Source: Klebsormidium nitens (taxonomy: Eukaryota > Plantae > Klebsormidiophyceae). From it: 46,345 nt of DNA. The notes under the pieces were generated by a model, which was given only the letters and a program-made list of their open reading frames with translations, ran no database searches and was not told the DNA's origin. This document shows, in pieces, positions 25,644 to 36,974 of the stretch. Position 1 is the first letter of the stretch; the number at the start of each line of letters is the position of its first letter. The stretch covers positions 1 through 46,345 of the forward strand of contig DF237548.1 of the NCBI GenBank assembly GCA_000708835.1. The letters are read 5' to 3'. A program made the position numbers and the translations under genes.

Positions 25644-28401
25644 GCATCTTGGCCACATTACCACTGCTGCTCCCTGGTTGAGGTGCGCCGAACTCAGAAG
25701 GTTTGCATGCAAAAATCCTCGAAATCACCTTTCAGTAGAGGCTGAACACACTCCATTTGCATGCGCGAGCACAGTGAATGACTCGACAGTTCGACTGGAA
25801 CTCTCAATTTAGAAACCGTGGTGATCAATGATTTAGTTTTGCCAGCTTCGTTGTATGCGTCAAAACAATCGGACTCTAGTAAGACAGACCTTTGGGGACA
25901 CTTTTAGTTGCATGAGGACGGAGACGGACAGAGGATATTGGCGGATTTTAAGCTTCGTTACTGCTTTGAAAACAACCGAGCAACCATCAGGAAAGCGATA
26001 CGACGCGCAACTTTGGAGCTGGTGAAACAACTTTCCGGGATCCTTGAGAAGTTAGAACCCGCATGAGAAGTAGCCGATTGCGGTAAAAGGGTCAAGATGT
26101 GAAGCCGGAGACTGATCGGAGCCTTGAATCATTCTGTGGGCATTGACTTTTAACTCGTGCACTGAATACGGAAAGCCGCTCGTGCAGTGAGTACGGAAAG
26201 CCGTTCTTATCTAAGCGACTCTTTCTGCAATCAACGAGCTGACATAATACTGCGTGCTAGTCACTTTAGGAAGCGGATTGAGCTTAGCAAGTTGGAAACA
26301 GCCCCGTTGTTCCGTGTCGGTCTGAATCTAGAGGATTGCTGGCATCAGTCCGACCGGAGCTGAACCATCAAAGAGTCCATTCTCCATCTTCCGCATCAGC
26401 GCCGCCCAAAGCTAATCCTTTACTCCCTCTTATCAAGTGGGTCCGTTTCCTTTTATAAGCGGGGAGCGAGCTTGCTCTGACAATACAGAAACAAAGGGAG
26501 CTGTGACAAGTGGTGATTAACAGCCTAGACGCAAGGAAGTGCAGTGACTTCCTCTTCAGTGGGTTCCTCATGAGTGGTCGCACAGGCTCAGTCCTAAAAC
26601 AAAGACACGTGTCCGCTTCAAACCTGCACGGATTCAAAATCCGGAGTTTCCAAGCAACGAGCTGAAGAAGTTCTAAACGTTCGTGCCCATCTTGAGGCTA
26701 CGTGCGCCACAGACGTGATGTAAAGTCAACCTAGTCAAGGGCCTTCTTAAGCGTCTCAAACCTCGTTTCATGCCGACCATAGATCGGTACCAACAGACAC
26801 AAGACGCCTGCTACAACCGCTTCCTGCTCTATACGCTTTCGGGTAATTCACAGCCATGCACACTTCATTCAAAGCCAGCTAGAACCAGGCACGCGGTCCA
26901 AAGAACAAAACATTAAAGTGCAACTGTGTCCGTGCCGCACAAGCGACGGCCCACAGGTGAGCATTCACTCGAACCCTCCGACGAATTCGGACCAGAAAGA
27001 GCTGCAGTCGTGCTCCAGCTTGGAAGCCTACAGATGACCTTCAAACATGGTGCAATCTACGTCTCCTGAGCGCAAATTGGCTTCATCCAACATGAATTTA
27101 TGCATACAGGAGCGCAAGAGCTTGACTCATTACGTCAAATCACAAGAGTACTGACCAGTCTCAGAAAAGGTTCAAAGCGAACGAGGCAGCGTCAGCATCG
27201 AAAGGAGGTGCTCTGGCGCTTAGGCGCCAACCCCTTTTTTGCTTCACGGCTATCGACGAAAACTCTCCAGAAAAGTGCAGGCATGTTTTAATGTTGTGCT
27301 CTGCTTAGACCATGTATTTCCAGATACTTAAGGCGGCCCCTTCCTTTCCAATAGATTGGACAGATCCAGAAGAAGCTACGAGCAATGGGAGAATTTTTGC
27401 TCCAGCAGTCTGCGTAAATGTCACCATTATTTCGTATCACACAGTGACCTGCGTGAATTGGAAGAAGCGATGATACACGCGTACGGCTAGTGCTGGGCTC
27501 TCACCGGAAATGCGAAACTGCTTGCAAGAGTCAATGCGAGAGAAACAAGCCAGGCAACCAATTCAAACGACAGCACGTTGGTGACTCCGGAGCTCGCGCG
27601 CGTCCATGAAAGCGATCAGTGACGCGCAGAGGCGGCAACACGTCCGCACATTGCCTCCAAAGTACAGAAGGTTCTCGAGGCGACCACAAAAAAAATCACG
27701 TACTGCAATCAGGCCCGACTAACAATAGACCTGGGAACTCATGGATATCTGGAAACTGGTCTTCCAGGCAGGGCAATAGTCAAAGCTGCTTTTCGAAAGC
27801 AACGTGAGTCACCCCTCGGCATACGGAGCCGCTGACAAGCTGCTCAAGCGCGAACATTCTTGGGCCCTGAAATAGAATTTTGCTAGTCCGTCCTGTCAAA
27901 GGCAACAAAGACCTTTACATCTCCCACCTACAGAAGCTAGTTGGCCACTTTCGTCCGGTGCGAAGGAGAATAAGGTTTTCGAAGTGGCTTCAGTAGTCCT
28001 GCTCGGTGGAGGCATGCCGTGAAGAGCCCATCAAACCCATCCTTGTTGTGCAATCAAAAACGGACGTCGTTGCTTGGAGCACACCCAAATTTCATTCAAA
28101 CCTCACAAGCTCGCCCTGGCGGGGATTGGCAATACAAAGACGGACCATGTGGACCTGCTTTTGAAGGACGTGTTCCAAAACAGAAACTTCATCAGACTCA
28201 ATAGCTGAATGGATAACGCCATTCTCCTCACTGCAGACGACTCGGAATTCAGCGACAAAAGATCGAGAGGACAGAAGTGTCATCATCCTAGACAGTGGAT
28301 CGGGCAATCAGACCGCTTGGTTTGACTTGGTTTAACGCTGGGAGGCTCAGAAGACATCATCAGCTACATGAGCCGGTCTTGTTGAAGCCTACATTGTAAA
28401 T
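25644..28401 (-). pseudogene. Degenerate array unit A (2.76 kb)
   Basis: Colinear by eye over its length with 28402-30955 and 30956-34123. Minus-strand motifs include AVKQ..GWR, IGCLACF, ALHGMPP and EIWVCS. Confidence 0.65.
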
Positions 28402-30955
28402 GCATCTTGGCCGTCCCCTCATTATTCCCGTGCTAAGCATTCGTGTACCTGGACAAATTACGAGCCAGCCGTGGAGTGGGCTTTACAGGTTCCTGACGGG
28501 TCCCCGAAAACATCGTCCTTCTCACGCGCAGAGCAATACGGGACCGCAATCTTGAAGATCTAAAGAGGCAGATTCGCGAGTCTAGATTTGGGAAGGTTTT
28601 TGCACGATTGCAACGATCAAAGTATCGTATCAAAGTATCCAACAACCGAAGGGGGAGCGCAATAGTAGTGCCTCCAACAACGGAGTTGGTGACACAACTG
28701 GTGCGCGAGATCTCAACAAAGGTTATGGAACCGCATGGGAAGTAGCCAATCTCGGTGGAAGAGTCAGGATGTAACCCGGACAACCGGAGGCCCGAACCAT
28801 TTGCTGGACCTTAACTTCAAGCCCGTGCACTCAAAAGGAAAGCCGTTCTCGAATGAGCGCCTTTTTACGCCCTCAACAATTTGATATAAAATCTACGAAG
28901 TAGAGAGTTAAGAGAGCAGGCTGAGGGCAAGTTGGATATGATAGCCCCCTTGCTTCGTCTCAGTCAAAATCAGAAAACCGTTGGCATCAGTCGGGAGTGG
29001 CTTTCGACCTTCAACGAGTCCATTCCGCATCATCGCCGACCAGAGGAAAGCCTTTATTACCCATGATCAGTGGGTCCACTTCCGTTTAATTAGCAGGGGG
29101 TAGCAAGCTTGCTTTGAGGAGACGAGAAGAAGACAACGGGAGTTGTGAAAGTAGCAAGATCTGATTCACCGGGAGATTTTGCACATGCAGATTCCTAAAA
29201 CAACGAGACATGTTCGCTTCCACCCTGCCACAACTCCACAGCATGAAGTCACTTGGAGACGCACTGACATAGTAAATACAGTAAGCAGGGGTATCCTATT
29301 ACTTAGGCTACATGCCCCGCAGACGCGATGTAACGTCAACGACGTAGTCAGGTTCTCACTTAAGCGTTTCAACCGTCATTCGACATGCTGACTTCCAATC
29401 GATACCACAGATACAAAACGCCTATCAGAGACGCCTCCTCGTAGATTACAGCGCCATGCATACGACATAGAATGCCAGCTAAAATAAGCCTGGCGCGCGC
29501 TCCGAAGAAAAACGACACAAGAACGACATCACATTGCATGCATCACTGGTAAGTTCGCGCGCCGCACAAGGGACGGCCTGCAAATGAGCATCCATGCACA
29601 CGGGTCAGAAGAACGGTCTGACTCGGATGAACACATTGACCTGCAGTCCTGCTCCAGCTTTGAAGACTACGTACGGACAATTTTCTAACATGGTCTTATG
29701 CAATCGTCCTGAGCGCAACAAGGCTTCATCGAGCATGAATGCACGCATACAGGAGCGCAATAGCTCGACTCATATCATTACGTCGAAGGACAAGAATACC
29801 ACTAGTCCCAGAAAAGGCTCAAAGCGAACAAAGGCAGCGTCATCGCCAATGAGGTCCTATGGCGCTACTGCGCCAACCACCCCTTTGCTTCACGGCTGTC
29901 GACGAAACTCTCTCAAGATGTCCGGGCAGGTTTCGTTGTTGTGCTCTGGTTAGACCATTTTTCCAGATAATTATGGTGGCCCCTAGCTTCATTTCTGAAA
30001 GACCGGGCAGCTTCAGAACGGGCTTTCAAGCGATGGGAGCTTTCGCTCCCAGCGGTCTGCCGAAACGTCATCGCTACCGTGCAGTAACGTGCAAAACGAG
30101 ATTAGGAAGAAGCGCTGATACACGGCTAGTGCTAGATATAGACTCCCACTCGAGACGCGGAACTTTTTGCGAAAGCCGCTGCAAGGGAAACAGGCCAGGG
30201 AACTGATCCAATCAATAGCACGTTGGCAACTCTGGGGCCCTCGCATGCCTGAAACAAACTTGTGGCACACGAAGGCGCCAAAAGTTCCGCCCATTGCCTC
30301 CAACGTCTTGAGCATTCTCGAGGCGACCACAGCAAAAAGACTTCGTACTGCATTCAGACGCACCTAACATTAGACCTGAAAATGTATATCATCTGGAAAC
30401 TGCCTTCAGGCGGGACAATGATATCTACTGTTTGTGGAAAGCAACGCCTTGAATGAAGTTTTGCTAGTCCGTCCCGTCAAAGGCGACGTCGATCATCCGA
30501 GTTACATTTCCCGTCCCCAGAGACTCCATTGACTGGGATTTGGTGCAAAACATATGAAGTTGCTCAAGTGGCTTCGTTAATTGTCCCGCTCTTTGGACAT
30601 ATGCCATGGAGAGTGCAACACAGTCATCGTTGACTCCAACCGAAGACGGACGTCTTCGCTCGGAGCAAAGCCAATTTTCTTTAAAGCTCGCAAGCTTGCC
30701 CTGGCTACGGGCTGGCGGTACAAAGACCTTGCAAAAGGACCTCATTCCAAGGGACGCGTTCCGGAAGACTAGCACGACCAAAGCTATAGCCATACGGTTC
30801 ACGCCCTTTCCTTGCTGCAAGGATTCCTATGCAACGAGATGACAGGACGGACACGTCCGATCAACATCCTGGAAAATAGATCATGGGTGAGGGCTCAGCA
30901 GATTCTGATCCAGCCTCAGCCTGAGCCGGTCTTGTTGCAGCCCACATTCGTAAAT
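28402..30955 (-). pseudogene. Degenerate array unit B (2.55 kb)
   Basis: Minus ORFs 30464-30820 (QQGKGV...ALVVLVF), 30013-30363 (WISSLACF...ALAVYQRFF), 29166-29372 (TLHRVCG) and 28433-28783 (LHPDSS...YFPCG) have counterparts in neighbouring units. Confidence 0.65.
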
Positions 30956-33900
30956 GCATCTTGGCCGTACGTGCCTTCAACGTTCCCGGACTAAGCATTC
31001 GTGTGCCTGGACAACTTACGGAGTCACCACCCCCCCCTAGCATAGGGGTCCTGTCGGATCGTTAAAGTCACCACCATGCGCATGTACTGCTAGGAAACAA
31101 TTAATGGACCGCGACCTTGATGTAATAAAGGGGCAACTTCGCGAGTGCAGATTTGCGACGTCGTTGATCAATTCAACTTCACTGTGGAGATGAGGACAGT
31201 TTCGTCGACGACGCAGCCGGACAGTGCCGCCAGACTTACGATTCGCTTTGATCTGAATCAAGACATTCCAGCAACCAAAGGAAGAGCACTATCGCGCCAA
31301 ACCCAATTTGGTCAAACAAGCGTGCGAGATCTTAACACGGGGTATTTAAGGGGCTGGTAGGTATCACGCGCGCGTGAGAAATAGCAGAGGGCAACGGAAG
31401 AGTCGAGATGTAAAAGCGGAGATTGAGGCCTGAGCCCTCTTTGAATGGACGTTGAGATCGCGCGTTCAATACGTCAAGCCGTTTTACCTCAATCAGCGAC
31501 TTTCTCTGCAAAGTCAACAGTTCATATGAAAGCCCGAGAGCTGGACGGAAGGAAGCGGATCGCACAGCAAGTCGGATCAAGCCCCGTTGCTTCGTGTCAG
31601 TCAGCATCAAGAAGACCTTTGGCATCAGCCGGAGGTGGCATTGAACCATCAAAAAGTCCATTGCTTATCTTCCGTATTAGCGCCGACCATAGGTAACCCT
31701 TTATTCCCTCTCATTAGTGGGGCCGATTCCGCGTGACATGGATAGACGAGCTTGCTCTCAGGAGCAACAACAGACAAGAGAAGTTGTTAAATGCAGTTTG
31801 TGACAATAGCGAAGGGATAGGGATCCTCAAGCGTAGTCCCACACGCTGAACCCTAGAACAACGGACTCCACAACATAGAGTAACTTGGCGAACTGACACA
31901 AAGGTTCTACCCATCGTACAAGTCGAAATTGGAAGCCAGCTAAAGTAAGGCGTGGGTTGCGAACAAGAATGCCAGCGAGCCCACTTTACTAGGCAGTCAC
32001 GCTGCATTGGCCGGCGATGGACTAAAATTTAAGCATTCACTCGGAAGTCGCGACACGTTCCAATCAGAAGAACGGTCTGATTCAAAAAAAGATGCATACT
32101 CGGCTGCAGTCGTGCTCTTAAACACTGCAGACGACTTTCAAACGTGGTGCATTTCAGGGTCTTGTGAGCGAAAAATTGCTTTACAGCATGGACGCACGCA
32201 CACAAGAGCATGAAGAGCTCGGCTCAGCAGAAGAATGACAAAAGCTGCCTCAAAAGAGGTTTCTACAGACGAAACAGGAGCGTCAGACGTTGTCGAGGGC
32301 ATCTTGGCGCTTCCTGCGCCAGCCACCTTCTTGCTTCACGGCTGCCAACAACGACTCTCTCAAAAGCAGCCGCAGATCGACTGGTGGTGCTTTGTTTAGA
32401 CCAACCGAGATACTTATAGAGGCCCCTAATCAGCGTTGGACCGGGCAGCTTCAGAGAGAGATTCCCGTACTGGAAGCAGTTGCTCCCATCGGGTTGCGAA
32501 TACATCACCGCTGGTCGGCAGATTACAGTGGCGTGCGACACGGCCCGTAAGATAAAGCGCTAGATACACGGACGATGCTGGAATCACCCGAGCGACCGGA
32601 CGCGGAAGTATTCGCAAACCTGCAACCTTCTCTCCAAAGTCGGGCCGTAAAAAACAAAGCGTTCCAGGCAAGGAAAAGAGGCCGGACACCGATTCAAACG
32701 AGCGCCCGTCAGGAAATCTGAAGCTCGCACCTGCGCAAAAGCTGAAAGGCACGTACATAAAGGGCCCCGGCAGAAAATATGTCATGACGACACGGTTGCG
32801 GGATCAAGAGGTCAACGTGTATCATGGAAGACCTTGAGCATTTAACGGCAGAAGACAAGAGGGCAGCAACGTTTCCATCTTCTTGTGGCTAGCCTGGGGC
32901 CCGAGCACCCACCAGCTTCAATGTGCTTGACTGCTGTCGACATTAACTCCCCCAACCAGAGGCGGCGTTCTTGAATGGATGCAGGTTACTTTAACTGATA
33001 TGCTAAGGTCAGACCAACCGATCGCGATACTAATGAAGGACCGTGATTCAAAAGAGCAATAAGCAGCTTCAGACAAGGAAATTTCGCGTTCCAGGAGTCA
33101 GTACCTCCCGGAAATCTGCTTATGCGTCACGGCCGCCAGGACATTGCACCCGTGCAAAGATCCACGAACGAAGTGCGTGAGTGTGGTAGGATCAGACCTC
33201 CATCAGTCATGCGAAGTATCTCGAAAGCAATTTTTGCCTGCCGGAAAAAGAGACGCGTTGCAGGCAAATGAAAGAATCTAGAAACCGCAACCCGAGTGGC
33301 CTGGAGCGCACGTCGACGCTTCTGGACCTCGCGGCACCTCCTCGTGACACAGTCAGATGCTGATTGTACACGTTTGCGCATCCAGAGTACCAAGTATAGA
33401 TAATCGCGATCCGAAAGTCGGACATTTTGTCCAACGAAGCAGAAAGGGAACTCAGGTGAACCGGAGAACGGAGTTAGGCTTGAAAAAGTGGGGGACTCCC
33501 TCTCCAGCCTTCAGACGAGACTCTGAGCACTCATTTGCACGCGACCATCTGACAAGCCACAGAATAATCTCGGTGATCATTCCCACAACAATCTTCTCTT
33601 GGCGAAATACCAAAGCTTGACGCCGCTGAAGGTACAGCTTTTTGGCTTCCCACCTACAGAGGCCCTTCTTGTCTGTCTTTATATATGCAGCGCACAAAAT
33701 GAAGGTTTTCTGAGTGGCCTCAGAGTTCCCGTGCTCCCTGGCGGCATGCCATGAAGAGTGCATCGAAGCCATTGTCGACAACCACTTGGAGTCAGACGTC
33801 CAAGCTTGGAGCAAACCCAATTCTCTATAAAACTTCACAAGCTCGCCCTGGCAACCGGCGGTACAAAGACAGTGCAAATGGACCTCTTTCCAAAAGACGC

Positions 33901-34123
33901 GTTTCCAGAACACTAGCACGACCAAGGCACTAGCACGACAAAGGCTTAAGCTGTAAGCATCACGTACGCCCTTTTCTTTCTGCAAGCATCCCTACGCAAC
34001 AGGACTGACACGTCAGTATGCTGGAGAATGGAGTAGTTAACGCAGACAGCGCTTGCATGGTTGACGGCTCAGTATTCATCATAGGCTGCCTGAGCCGGTC
34101 TTGTTACCGCCCACGTCGTAGAT
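30956..34123 (-). pseudogene. Degenerate array unit C (3.17 kb), chimeric
   Basis: Contains two TGCTT.AC markers (32332, 32924). It is A/B-like up to ~32800, then resembles 24380-24780. The minus ORF 33452-33985 contains ALVVLVFW. Confidence 0.62.
33911..33944. repeat. 17-bp tandem duplication (frameshifting)
   Basis: CACTAGCACGAC(C/A)AAGG, two copies; the paralogous sites near 30770 and 36785 carry one copy. Confidence 0.88.
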
Positions 34124-36974
34124 GCATCTTGGCCGTTCCCTCAACATTCCCGGACTAAGCATTCGTGTACCTGGACAAGTTTTGAGTCACTGAGTCACCC
34201 GTAGCATAGGGGTCCTGTCGGACCGTTAAAGTCACCGCCATGCTCATGTGCAGGGAAACAATGGACCGCGACCTTGATGTAATAAAGGGGCATCTTCGCG
34301 AGTGCAGATTTGCGAGCTTCGTTGCTCAATTTCACTTCATTATGGAGACGAGGACAGATTTGTTGACAACGCAGCCGGATAGAGCCGCCAGACTCGCGAT
34401 TCGTTTCTAATCGGAATAAAAACGTTCAGCAACCGAAGGAAAAGCACTATCGCGCTAAACCGACTTTGGTGAAACAAGAATACTTGTCTGGGACCGCACG
34501 AGAAGTACTCGAGTGCGGTGGAAGAGTCAAGATGTAAAGCGGGAGATCGGGGCCGGAGCCGTCCTTGAATGGACGTTAAGGTCGTGCATTTATTACGTAC
34601 GTCAAGCCGGTTTTCCTCAACTAAGCGACTCTCTCTGCAGATTCAATCAGTTCATATAAAAATCGGGAGCTGGACAGAAGAAAGCGGATCAAAGAGCAAG
34701 TTGAATCCAGCCCCGTTGCTTCGTATCAGTCAGAATCAGAATCGACGTTGGCAAACCGTTGACGGTGGCGCTGTACCACTAAAAAGTCCATTCCCCATCT
34801 TCCGCATCAGCGCTATCATAGGAGTAACCCGTTATACCCCTTAATCCGGCGGAGGAGAGGACGGAGAAAAAAGGGACCGAGCCCCTGAGGGTAGTCGGTC
34901 GAGACAGAAGAAGGGGACGGAAGAAAACGTGGTGCAATTCAGGGTCTTGTGAGCGCAAAAAGTCTTCATCCAGCATCAACGCACGCACACAGGAGTGTGA
35001 AGGGCTTGACTCATCAGAAAATTGACACAAGCCGCCTCAAAGAAGTTTCAAGCTTGGAAGCGTCAGTTGCTGTTGGAGGCCTCCTTGGCGCTTCCTGCGC
35101 CAGCCACCTTCGTGCTTCACGGCTGACGACAAAGACTCTCTAAAAAGCAGCTCGAATCGTTTGGTGTGCTTTGTTTGACCAACCGTGATACTTATAGCGG
35201 CCCCTGAAAAGCAGTGGACCGGCCAGCTTCAGGAAAGAAGTCCCTGTACTGGAAGCAATTGCTCCCACCAGTCTGCGCATAAGTCACTGCTGTTCTGCAT
35301 ATTATGCTGCCTTGCAAAACGTCCATAGAAAGCAGCGCTGAGATACGGGTAGTGCTGGAATCCCCTTGGCGACGCGGAAGCATTCGTAAAAGTGCAAAAT
35401 TTCTGCCAAAGTCGGCCCGTTGAACGAGAAGCATTCCATGCAAGAGAAACAGGCGAGGCACCAATTTAAGGGAGCGCACGTTGGTAATTCAGGAGCTCGC
35501 GTCTCGGAAAGCCGCCGAATGGCAGACTGCGAAGGGTGCCGGCAAGACACGTCCGCGCATTGCCTCCAACTTTCAAACATCTCGAAGGCGACCAGGACAG
35601 CAAGTTTTCTGAACAGGGCCTCTACGGATAAGGAATCCAAATGACCTGAACTATGATGTCTCAGGATGGAACTGCGAAACACCTGTTGTTCTGCCTTCCA
35701 GACCGAATTTTTGAGCATCTTTGTCACGCCGACCTGATGACAACCTACTGAACTCAATCAGCTCTTTTCGTCTCGGCCTGATTACACCTACATCCACCTC
35801 CCATAAACAAAAGCTCCGTGCTCTCGTGCGGTGCATATTGAAAGATGAATGAGGCGAATCAAAAAGAGGTGAATATTGACGTCAGAATATTCACGGAGGC
35901 TTACCCGCCGCTTCGTCGGCCCTGATGGCTCACTTTCGACTCAATATTTGGTGCCATTAAGCATGAGCATCCGCTCAAGGTGCACTCTATCTCACAGTCT
36001 GAAATCTATGAATTCACTGGATCACGGATGCGAGGATGAATCATCGAGTTTGTGAATTGCAAACGGCAAAGCTGCAGATTAGAAACAAGCAAAAGGCAGA
36101 CCAAGCGTGAACTCTGCTATAGAGGCTGTCAGTCGCTCTGCAGATGGCCATAGAGAGTGCATCACAGCCTATCGACAACGGACCGTCCTGGTCCGGCAGG
36201 TCCCAAACTTCAACCAAAGCTCCCCGAGGACGTCCTTACAACTGGCGGTGATTGTGAAGAAGGCGCAAACAGACATGTTTTAGATAAGGAAAGCGTCCAA
36301 AAAATCTGGGGGTCATTTCTTTGATAGCCTTGCACGTGGCCAAAGAGATTGCACCATAGCCTATCAAAAATGGACCGTCTTGGTCCAGCGGGTCCCCAAC
36401 TTCAACCAAAGCTTTCCGAGCACGGCCTGGCAAGTAGCAGTGATTGTCAAGAACTTGCAAATGGACATGATTTAGCTAGGAAAAGCGTGGTCAAAGAATC
36501 TGGGCATCATTTCTTCTATAGCCTCGCACGTGGCCACAGAGAGTGCATCACAGCCTGTCGAGAACGTATCATCTTGGTCCAGCGGGTTCCCAATTTCGAC
36601 CAAAGCTCCAGTGAGCTTGGCCTGGCAACTGGCAGTGATTGTCAAGATGGCCGGACATGTTCGAAGTTTTGGGGGCGCGTTAGGGCATCAACTCTGAAAT
36701 GCATCTTGAGCCTGACGCGGCCCAAGGAGTAGACGCATCTTTGCCGTTCCCGAGAACAGTCTTTTCAACATACGCTTTCCAGAACACTAGCACGACCAAG
36801 GCTAGAGCTACAAGAATGACGCCCTTTCCTTGCTGCAAGGGTCCTACGCAACGAAATGACAGGACAGACACGTCAGTTCGCCAGAAAACAGATCACTTAA
36901 CGCATCCGCTTGGGTGAGGGCTCAGCAATCTTCACTCTGCCTGAGCCGATCTTGTTGCAGCCCATGTCGTAGAT
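34124..36974 (-). pseudogene. Degenerate array unit D (2.85 kb) with internal deletion and ~192-bp tandem expansion
   Basis: 34124-34845 aligns to 30956-31715, and 35550-36770 aligns to 38050-39010. Confidence 0.62.
36146..36660. repeat. Tandem repeat, ~2.7 copies of 192-194 bp
   Basis: GGCCA(T/A/C)AGAGA(G/T)TGCA(T/C)CA(C/T)AGCCT starts at 36146, 36338 and 36532. It is followed each time by (C/T)TGGTCC(A/G)GC(G/A)GGT(C/T)CC.AA.TTC(A/G)ACCAAAGCT. Confidence 0.85.

Noticed and set aside
26375-26430. G..G.DAEDGEW, resembling the DGE motif of KDZ/Zisupton transposases
   Set aside because: That frame has a stop right after WT(L/F) in all four aligned copies, and the divergent 23.7-kb copy supports a different frame. 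No YDxxC or CxH motifs were found.
28125-28165. WQYKD..GP on the + strand, resembling a GYF domain
   Set aside because: The spacing is too short and the frame is not the one supported by the substitution pattern.
36800-36850. Walker A-like GPLQQGKG in the minus frame
   Set aside because: It lacks the S/T after GK, the spacing changes in the 30820 and 33980 copies (LQKEKG), it is absent from divergent units, and no Walker B is seen.
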